A model generated the notes under the pieces. That model was not told the origin of the DNA. It saw only the letters and a list, made by a program, of their open reading frames with translations, and did not search any database. A DNA stretch of 41,455 nt from positions 1 through 41,455 of the forward strand of contig JAQGDQ010001011.1 in assembly GCA_030141605.1 (NCBI GenBank), given 5' to 3'. Positions within the stretch are counted from its first letter, which is position 1; each line of letters begins with the position of its first letter. Made by a program: the position numbers and the translations under genes. This DNA comes from Tubiluchus corallicola (taxonomy: Eukaryota > Animalia > Priapulida). Positions 32,637 to 41,455 of the stretch are shown here, in pieces.

Positions 32637-35600
32637 CTAGTTAATATTACTGTCCAAACGACTAAACAGTCGAGTTCGTGATGCATTATTCGTAGTGTTA
32701 CCCACCACATCAACCCACCGCTGAAAGGAATATTCACTCTCGGCACGGAAAAAGTACATGTGATTTTTGAACTGCAACTTAAATGCATGTTCCTTGTTGA
32801 TGCCATCATTTTTATCGGGGACGGAAACGGTGTAGGCGAGTAGTGGCAAGCTTGCGAGCGGCACTTCATCTTGGTGCGTCTTATAGAAGAACAAGCAGAA
32901 ATTTGTGAACACCACCCACAACTTCTGCCAGCCGTCAGAGTTTTTAAACTTTCTCAGAAGGTATCCACTCAGTTGATTGACAAGGGCATGATTGTAGTCA
33001 TTAGAGCCGATGCTGGTGTTCCGGTGCCAGCAAACGTGCATGGACGTGTTAGCGCGATGCTGGAAACTTTTCTCTCTTGCTTCTGCCGACTCCTCTACAT
33101 CACCCTCATCTAACGAACCAGCCTGATTCTTTAAGCTGGGCGTTTTCAGAGAAGTTCGTTGGTCGCTCTCTTTGACCGCTCGTATAGCACTATTGATGTC
33201 TTCTATCCACTTGTACTTTTCTTCCTCACAACCGGCAGCCACGCTGATTGTCCGACTGCCACTGTACAGCGCAAAGCAGTGGGGAACGGCCATTTTTGAT
33301 TCTGGCGTTTCTTCCACAATCATAGTCTTTGTGGGCAACTGTCCGTGAACTTTGAATTGTAATGTTGGGAGTGAGGTTCGGTTGGCGTAGATAAGCATGT
33401 CCGAGAAAAGAAAGAACATGCGCTGTTGGTACCCTTTCTTGGAGAGTTTCTGGAGACAACCTTCACGCACAAACTCGCGTCTCACGTCTACAATGCTGTC
33501 AATGCCTCCAAGGTCACGCTGGATCTCCACTAACTTCACAAAGTTTTCACACTTTATGGCATTTACCTCATTATCTTGCACGACTGCACGGACTTTTTTC
33601 AACGCTAGCTCACAGTCCGCTCTGTCTACGTGATCTCGAGAGTAATGCGACAGAAGCGACTCGAAGAGAAACATATAGCCGACAAGTCGATGCATGGGTT
33701 TCATCAAGAAGCAGTTCAGCGGCAAATAGCATTCCTTTTTCATTTCGAAGCTTCGACAAAACTTTTCAAACTGTTTCCGCTTTTTACACGTTTCCTCTAG
33801 AGCAGTCAGTAACTGATACAAGTTGTCTTGGTAATGCATGTACCAATTCAATACCTCGATATTGTGCACTATTACGTCACACATCCTATTCTGTCCCGAC
33901 TTAAACGAACCGGTCAACCTGGCTTCCCACTGGGCCAGTCTCTCTTCTATCTCTCGCAGCAGTACACAGTGGACTTCGTAAATCGGATCAATTAAGGTCA
34001 TCAACTTCTTAAATATTTCGTAGTCTTCTAGTCCATCCAGCTCTTTGCGCAGAAGGACTGTGATGATTTCCAAGTCTGATTTATACGTTCTCTCGGTCAT
34101 TAGTAGTTCCTTGCAAATGTAGTAAGACTTGTCGTGTGGATAAGCTTTTCTCTTAAGAGGGACGGCCGGGGGTTCTTTCATGATTAAGTGCGATGCAACC
34201 TCTGCAGCTTCATCATGAATATGATTTCCCTCCAAGTGGTACTGGTTTTGTGACACGCTGCTGTTAAAAATTGGCCCGGGAGGAGGATATGTAGGTACAC
34301 CGTTTGCTGGTTGGGAATGTAATTCTGATTTGAGCTGCCCTGACTGTAACTGTTCATTTTCATCGTGCTGTAATGGTGCTGGGACAGGTGACTCGGGTAT
34401 AGGAGAAGGCGGGGTTTCGGCGTGTCGTTTAGGCGACACCCCGTGAACCGCCGGAGGACTAGCACTGGGTGTCGCATCATGACTGCTATCACTGGGCGCA
34501 AAGTCGATTTTCTCACTGCGAGGCGTATTAACAGAATCTAGGCCAACTTGATGAGAGCCACTAGTGTCCGAACCGGCTCTTATACGCGGCTCACTGAACG
34601 TACTGTTTATAGTAGGCACAGAGGTGGACAAAGGAGCGATGTGTACGAGGCTGTGCGTGTGACTTTGTCGTCCGCTTAGCGATCGCTGAAATGGCTGACG
34701 ACGGCCGTGGCTTTCTCGCACATCATCAACCATTTCCTTCATAGTCCTTCCACTATAGCGGAACTGAGAGCCTTTACTGAGGAGCGTACTCTTTTTACGA
34801 GGGATGCTCTTCACGGTGGCACAGCGGAAAAATCCGTGATGCTCGACGCATTTCTTCCAAAAGTTTTTGCAGTGATTTCTATCAGTAAAGTAGAATTCAA
34901 CGGTGTCCTTGTAATAGCCGAAGCCCTCGGGGTGGAGCTTGATCAGAAAACGCTTCCGCTTAAAACTTAGCTTGCGTACTTTAGCCCAGGAAAAAGTGTT
35001 AATTTTTGCACCGTTTTGAAACACGTGAACACCCATGTGTGCCACAGCGAGCATAAGTGGCACACCCTCGTGATCTTTAGCCGTATGCAATCGTACGCCG
35101 TACATCTCCACCTTGCGAGCAACGTCCAATAACATATAATCAGCATCGGCTGGAGATAATCCTACATGCTTCTTGTGATTCTCCATGATCAGTCGCTCCA
35201 TGTCGTCGCACTGATGTGGAACAAATTTGTAAGCGGACAAATACTTGTGATCCGGGTAATCTTCGTCTACAAAATCACCACATTCTGCCTGCACGATGTA
35301 AGACGACAGAAGAGCAGCAGTGGCATCGTTGCACGGCATCGCTCCAGACACGAGATCGCGTTTGATTTGCAATGCGAACAAATAACGAGTGTATTCTTCT
35401 TCCAACTGTCCCGGGTCGGGCATGTAGAACTTGACAACAAAACTCAGTTTGATATTTGGAATTCCACCAATCTGTTTCCACAGTGACTTCTGGAATTCCA
35501 GCCACATACGATGTCCTCTCAAGTCGGTGTATTCCAAACCAAAGTAATCGGTTTCAAGAAGGTTTAGATTCTTACAAACTTGATGGAACAGGATGATTCC

Positions 35601-35810
35601 TTGAGCTCTTTGCGGAACTTTAAACACGCTTTCCGTATCATCGAGCAAAATGACGGTAACTAACACGCACCTTCCCTTCTGAGGGGTATCCGTCGACACT
35701 GGCGTTAAACTAGCACCGCTTGCTAGCCCCACGCGTGCTGGGGCTGCATCGTGAGAAACCGCATTCATGTTACTGTTTGTATGGGCAGCCATATTTTGCC
35801 ATTTATCCAA
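32637..35810 (-). CDS. FARP: FERM, ARHGEF (DH) and pleckstrin domain-containing protein (FARP1/2, Cdep-like), 1057 aa, single coding exon
   Basis: FERM (VILLDD...LLETDYFGLEY...FVVKFY.PDP..EEYTRY), FERM-adjacent (KGSQFRYSGRT), DH (YYICKELLMTERTY), PH1 (EFVREGCL.KLSKKG.QQRMFFLFSD) and PH2 (NQLSGYLLRKFKNSDGWQKLWVVFTNFCLFFYK). Confidence 0.97.
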   Translation of the reverse strand: MDKWQNMAAHTNSNMNAVSHDAAPARVGLASGASLTPVSTDTPQKGRCVLVTVILLDDTESVFKVPQRAQGIILFHQVCKNLNLLETDYFGLEYTDLRGHRMWLEFQKSLWKQIGGIPNIKLSFVVKFYMPDPGQLEEEYTRYLFALQIKRDLVSGAMPCNDATAALLSSYIVQAECGDFVDEDYPDHKYLSAYKFVPHQCDDMERLIMENHKKHVGLSPADADYMLLDVARKVEMYGVRLHTAKDHEGVPLMLAVAHMGVHVFQNGAKINTFSWAKVRKLSFKRKRFLIKLHPEGFGYYKDTVEFYFTDRNHCKNFWKKCVEHHGFFRCATVKSIPRKKSTLLSKGSQFRYSGRTMKEMVDDVRESHGRRQPFQRSLSGRQSHTHSLVHIAPLSTSVPTINSTFSEPRIRAGSDTSGSHQVGLDSVNTPRSEKIDFAPSDSSHDATPSASPPAVHGVSPKRHAETPPSPIPESPVPAPLQHDENEQLQSGQLKSELHSQPANGVPTYPPPGPIFNSSVSQNQYHLEGNHIHDEAAEVASHLIMKEPPAVPLKRKAYPHDKSYYICKELLMTERTYKSDLEIITVLLRKELDGLEDYEIFKKLMTLIDPIYEVHCVLLREIEERLAQWEARLTGSFKSGQNRMCDVIVHNIEVLNWYMHYQDNLYQLLTALEETCKKRKQFEKFCRSFEMKKECYLPLNCFLMKPMHRLVGYMFLFESLLSHYSRDHVDRADCELALKKVRAVVQDNEVNAIKCENFVKLVEIQRDLGGIDSIVDVRREFVREGCLQKLSKKGYQQRMFFLFSDMLIYANRTSLPTLQFKVHGQLPTKTMIVEETPESKMAVPHCFALYSGSRTISVAAGCEEEKYKWIEDINSAIRAVKESDQRTSLKTPSLKNQAGSLDEGDVEESAEAREKSFQHRANTSMHVCWHRNTSIGSNDYNHALVNQLSGYLLRKFKNSDGWQKLWVVFTNFCLFFYKTHQDEVPLASLPLLAYTVSVPDKNDGINKEHAFKLQFKNHMYFFRAESEYSFQRWVDVVGNTTNNASRTRLFSRLDSNIN

Positions 35811-36118
35811 AAGTTGACTTACATTGTCACAAGCACAGTGAAATTACGAACTTTTTTGACAGGTCAATCTGCGTTGCTATTTTTAATCACTCATAACACT
35901 ATATCAACTTTTACACACTGTGTTCATGTAACTCGACGCACATCAGTAGATCTGTTATCAGGCACTGAAGAAATCATTAAAATATTCCGGTTACGAAAGT
36001 TCTTCCTTTTCTGGTTTTACGCGCACAGCACGGCTGAAGTACTGGGGAGTAATGAAGCCGTCCGAGTTCCCGGGACTCAATATAACGTTGTTTGACGAAC
36101 GGTAGAACTTCAAATCAT

Positions 36119-36135
36119 CTGCAAAAAAAACATGA
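36119..36135 (-). promoter_or_regulatory. Splice acceptor of a 5'UTR intron (or trans-splice site) of FARP
   Basis: The minus strand reads tgttttttttgcag|ATGATTTGA. The exon would start at 36118, 308 nt upstream of the CDS. Confidence 0.6.
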
Positions 36136-36873
36136 ATTTGTAAATGATCAGTTTCTCATACAAGTGATATTACAGCAGCAGCACAAGAAAAACGGATGTA
36201 TACGTATTAGAAAATTCGTTCAAATACACTTATTCCGTAAACGTTAAAGTGCTACATTCAGCGATGAGAATGACAAATTGCAAAAAACTCTGAAACAGGC
36301 CGGGGGTTTTGGGGCCGCCTAGGGCCCCTATGGGGGTTCAGGGGAGCCCCATTGGAGCCAGCAACAAATTGCAATTTTGTGACCGTAGAGAGCCTCTAAG
36401 TGGGCTTAAAATATCAGTTACCTTGTTTCGTGCATAATTTAAAATACCCAACTATCAAGGATGCATGATACCTAATTGTCTCAAAAACGCCTAAGTACTG
36501 GCCGCTCCTATGCAAAAGTATATGAAAACTGTCTGCAATTGACTCAAATAACTCTGCACAATTGATTCTATATTTTTATACATAGAGATATACACGTGGT
36601 TACACTGATGTACGTGATGTATACAAAGTGACGGCCTGCCAACTAGCAGTCAGTTTGTGAAATAATGTACTGGGTCCGTACAAACTTTCTCAACGAATTT
36701 ACGCGATTTTAAAAAAATGGCACTTCTGGTCTTCCAAAAACTTGGAATTCCGTGTATCCACGGGAAATTCTCAGTCCTGCCTACGTTCTTTATCATTAAA
36801 ACGTCTGAAATACCAGGCAATCGGCACAATTTAGCTGTGATTTCTGTGCACAATTTTTAAACTAATTATTAGT

Positions 36874-37246
36874 ATTTTTACTGCAGAATTAAGTCAAGTA
36901 ATATGCATTATCTTTGTGAGAATACTCACCACTAACGTCTACTACGCAAGGGTGATAATGAGAGATGTTCTTACTGCAGAATTAAGTCAAGTAATATGCA
37001 TTATCTTTGTGAGAATACTCACCACTAATGTCTACTACGCAAGGGTGATAATGAGAGATGTTTTTACTGCAGAATTAAGTCAAGTAATATGCATTATCTT
37101 TGTGAGAATACTCACCACTAATGTCTACTACGCAAGGGTGATAATGAGAGATGTTTTTACTGCAGAATTAAGTCAAGTAATATGCATTATCTTTGTGAGA
37201 ATACTCACCACTAATGTCTACTACGCAAGGGTGATAATGAAAGATA
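36874..37246 (+). repeat. 93-bp tandem repeat, 4 copies
   Basis: ctgcagaatt at 36881, 36974, 37067 and 37160. Confidence 0.95.
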
Positions 37247-37705
37247 CGGTGATGTGAGATGAAAATATGCAAAGGTATACGGTATACAGACTGTCCTTGG
37301 ACATTGAACAGCTTAACACTGAACAGTCAACATTGCAGCACACCTGTGTTTATCGTCCCTTAGAACTGGATTCTCAAAAGATTAAAAGGTTAAGTTGCTG
37401 CTGCTGCTGCTGCTGCTGCTAAGATATTTATATGCAACTATGACTCATTACATGAACGCCACAGAAACACTAGTGGTTTATTACACACACTTGTAATTCT
37501 AGTCAAATGTTGCTAACAATATTTTACATTTACTGTATTGTTATGCCATCATTATTTCCTTAAATGTCTATTGAACGTTTACGAAAACTATTGGCTTTCG
37601 CGCTGTTTCTTTTACTATTTGACAGTACTGTATAGGCGAAAGTGAGTGAGTTTATTTATAACCATTTTTATAATAACAAGACAAGTAGCCAAAAATTTGG
37701 ACGGA

Positions 37706-37998
37706 GTTTACAATTCCCCACACATACCCTAATCCTAACCGCAATCCAACTCTAACCCTAATACTAAAATTAACCCTAACCCTAATCCTAAAACTAACCC
37801 TAATCCTAAGACTAAGACTAACCCTAACCCTAACTCTAACCTTAACCCTAATCCCAAAACTAACCCCAGCTCTAATCCCAAAACTAACCCTAGCCCTAAT
37901 CCCAAAACTAACCCTAACCCTAATCCTAAAACTAACCCCAACTCTAATCTGTTTCACCAAATAATTTCATGTGTGTGTGGGGGGGGGGAGTTGTAAAC
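37706..37998. repeat. Degenerate (CCCTAA)n-like array flanked by inverted repeats
   Basis: Hexamer variants span about 37725-37948. Flanks gtttacaattccccacaca and tgtgtggg..gagttgtaaac are reverse complements. Confidence 0.75.
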
Positions 37999-39191
37999 CT
38001 TGGCTAAAATTTATAATTTTATACAACATTCAAAAAGTGAAAAATCAATTATTGCATTTGGTGTTGAAAGTGTAGCAAAAGAACCATGAGTTAATAGGAT
38101 CAGAAATGTTATCAGAAGTGTGTTAACTAAATAATGTAACGCTATCCTATTTCTTCATTTAAGACGACTGCTAATTAAATTATGACACAAAAGTTTTAGC
38201 TTCTAGTGGACAGAACGAGTAGGGAAACAAAACGAGAGACAAATAAAGTCAAACTTTAATTAGTTTTTGCATTTAGAATAATAATAATTATTATTATTGG
38301 CACCTAAGAAAGGTTAGGTTTGCTAGCTAGTATTACATGCTACAATAATATTAGCAAACAGACAAATGCGTGCATAATAAAGTAGTATTTATTAAACTAA
38401 TTAGGAACTTAAACAAAGAAGATCAGAACAGCAAGACAGTCTAGAATGCAGAACACTGCTAAGCAATCACCAAGATCTTTGATCTACACAAACCATATCT
38501 ATGGTATTGTTACAGTTAGCAAAAGTGAGCATAAATGTAAATCATGGAAAAAAGACATGAAAGCAAGCGCGGTTATCTTTAAACATGATACGAAACTCTC
38601 AGTACTAGAAAATTAACATACAATTGGATACATTCTTAACTTGAAGTAAGAGCTCCTCAGTACTGTTATTATTGTAACAGCTTAAAGTTTCTACAGAAGT
38701 CAGTGTAGTTCAGCTTTCTAATAACAAAAACAAACAATTGTCTTACTGATGAAACCTAAATTTACAGATATGTAATTGTAATTTACTATCACTTCAGCAT
38801 GTATTTTTACATTGTAATTTGCATTACAATCGTTATAACTATTATACTATAAGTAGGAAAATGAAACTTACTTACAATAATTGTAACAGAACTACATTAG
38901 TATACTTTAGTGTGGTACAGTTAGGGAAAAAATTCCAAATATAATTACAAAAATTTAACAGAAGTGTACCAACATAGTTACTAAACTACATAATAGTTTG
39001 TCAACAAGAAATAGATACTGCATGGTGGTCAAGAAGCAAAGCTTGTAAGACCACCATGAAAAGTGAAAAAAACGACTTAATTTACAAGAGAGAGAATTAT
39101 AGAAAAACAGGGAGTAGTTAAGATAAAATAATAGAGAAAAGGAGAAAAGAAATGAAATAGAAAGGAGTTCAGCAGAGACGTGATGCAAATG

Positions 39192-39496
39192 TATATGAGC
39201 TTCATTCATTACATCATTCCATTTTAAGCACTAATGTTTTTTTATCACGATTCACTTTAAATTTTCAGATTATCTCCATATTTTTTTTCTATCACTGTGT
39301 GGAACACAATCTAACAAGCCCTGCTTCTTGATTGCACGCAACACATTTACCTTCGTGCATAAGTGAACAGTGTTTGAGGCTTTTCCTGTGCAGTATTTCT
39401 TATTTGTATTATATCCATTGTAGGCCCTTTCACTATATATTGTATATGTAATCATTGTAAATGTGTAAGGTGAAATAAATGACTTATGACTTATGA
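39192..39496 (+). mobile_element. 3'UTR fragment of the same LINE family as 8534-8836
   Basis: About 300 bp of high inverted similarity to 8534-8836, ending aataaa-tgactta-tgactta-tga. Confidence 0.8.
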
Positions 39497-40703
39497 AAAT
39501 ATAAACTCTAAATTAACCAGTCGTGAGATTCACTGTAACTATCGCACTTCATGGCAAAACCCAAAATACAAAATACAAAACAAAGGAACAGCAGATTGAT
39601 CGTATGCTCCAATTTTTTAACACTTTACCATTTAAATTTTGGCTGCATTGTTCAGGTATTAAATTCTATTTACTGGTCTGTACTTCCAAACGTAGATAGT
39701 ACTTACTAGTGTCTGTCTACTTACTACTACTTACTACCATGAAGTCAAACGCAGTTTTACTTTTAATACTGCTATCATTTTAACTTCGGATATTCTTGCA
39801 CTTTAGAATATACACGTTCTAATCCTTTCTTACGTATTTAGCTTACTAATCCTCTCTTCTTTATGTAAATATTTATTTTATTTGTCTTGTAGTCATATTT
39901 TTAATTGTGATTTTTAACTAAGCTTTGTTTATTATTCTATGGTACTTTTTCTGTACATGTAATGTAATGTAATACGTGTTATGTTAGTTTTGTAATGTCA
40001 AATGTATAAATAGTGCAAATGTAATGAGTGAAATTTATGTAATGTAAAGCACGTTTCTGTTAATTGTGTCATGTATATATTATGTCAAATGTATATATAT
40101 AGTGTAAAATTTAATATTTTAATATGGTGTTTGCAAATATGTTGATTTATTGTATATAATTAGACCTTAGTTTTGCAGTTTAGTTTTTTTTAGTCAGCAC
40201 TGGTTGCATTTGTCTTGAACAATGTTGTTATTTTAACATTACGCTGAGGCTTACTCAATTTTATTATAATGAGTGAACCATTTTAATGACAAATAAAGAA
40301 TTAATACATAATGGCACCCACCGCTGAACGGGCTATCTATCAATAGCCAGCACCACCCATTCTTCAGATCTCAGGTGTATAACTTTTGCAAAAAACGGCC
40401 GAAAAATGGCCATTTTTGGAGGTTTTTGCCCCCCGTTCCTCGCGGTGGGCCCGATTCGAAAAATAAACCCCCAATGGCATGACACTAGATCGAGACCTTT
40501 CGTTTGATGTATAGATCGCCGCAAATGGTGCCGTCGTCGAAGCTGTAGCCTCGAATCTTATATATATATACCAGTAGAATTAATATATATATATATAAAA
40601 ATAAGCATTTTATGAAAAATAAAATAAAAACTTCCACGAAGCCAAAACAATAAAGCACAAAATTTTTTATAAATAGTAAAAAAGAACAGATTGGGTGAAA
40701 ACA

Positions 40704-40855
40704 CACCTACTACAAGATTACTGCAATATCCAATGTAATTTCACCTACTACAAGATTACTGCAATATCCACTGTAATTTCACCTACTACAAGATTACTGC
40801 AATATCCACTGTAATTTCACCTACTACAAGATTACTGCAATATCCAACGTAATTT
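40704..40855 (+). repeat. 38-bp tandem repeat, 4 copies, possibly the amplified end of a non-autonomous element spanning about 40310-40740
   Basis: cacctactac at 40704, 40742, 40780 and 40818. Confidence 0.9.
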
Positions 40856-41455
40856 ATTATTTAGCAGCGAGGAAAAAGCGTGTCAGACTGGCAGGGAAAA
40901 TTGATTCATTTATAAAGTTTCGTATAACTTCTCACTAAAACTCGAATAATCGCTGACGTTCACATTATGGCAACTGGTTCAGCAAAAGTCCTTCTCTAGG
41001 GAAGCTTTAACAGACTTAGGGTTCCATCACTCTCACTCCATATAATTACTAACTATTTGCCATACAGCTTGAGAGGCTGAACCACAAAGGAATTAATGAA
41101 GAGTAATAAATGCATTATTACAGTGTTATTGACGCAAACTCTCATGTATCATGTACTCAATGCGCTCCACATTTAATGACATTAGGGGTAAATGGATGTA
41201 CGTGTAGCAGCTCTCTCTCCGGCTTGCAAGCTGCAGTGTAATGTTACAGCGTATTTGCAAACTCCAAAGTCCACAGTTTAAGAAATCATTCTCAAACAAC
41301 TACTGTGTGCTAGTGTACATACAGCCGAAGCACAATTTTACATAATTTACGAAGGAAAAAAATCTTAAAGCCAATTTAACGAGCACATAGTGTCATGTTG
41401 TGTTTTTACAGTAAATAATAGTCTTGAAACGCGAATGAGAGCCAAAGTAAGCACC

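Noticed and set aside
32630-36095. Short overlapping ORFs within and opposite FARP (similar ones overlap gag-pol)
   Set aside because: Shadow frames of real coding sequence with no recognisable motifs.
36296-36638. MITE with caggccg/cggcctg ends
   Set aside because: Only a 7-bp inverted match and no TSD; probably repeat-derived but the boundaries are unsupported.
37725-37948. True telomere or fusion site; RV/GL-repeat ORFs
   Set aside because: Degenerate, single orientation and internal. The ORFs are repeat translations.

Overview
This is animal genomic DNA, probably from an invertebrate, and it is rich in repeats. The centre holds a very young Gmr1-type Ty3/gypsy LTR retrotransposon on the - strand (21003-28022). 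It has 871-bp LTRs, a CTGTC target-site duplication and a tRNA-Leu primer-binding site. It keeps an intact Gag-protease-integrase ORF and an RNase H ORF but has lost the whole reverse-transcriptase core. A 3'-truncated, nearly identical copy lies in inverted orientation (15721-20606, +), giving 4.9-kb inverted arms. The right third contains a complete FARP1/2 (Cdep)-like FERM-RhoGEF-PH-PH gene whose 1057-aa CDS has no introns, with an internally deleted RTE-LINE derivative inserted just downstream of its stop. The left part has a probable first coding exon of an unidentified + strand gene, several micro/minisatellites (including a 3-kb 32-bp array and an array built from a hAT-like terminus), and 3' fragments of CR1/L2-group LINEs. 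All assignments come from reading the sequence; no searches were run.
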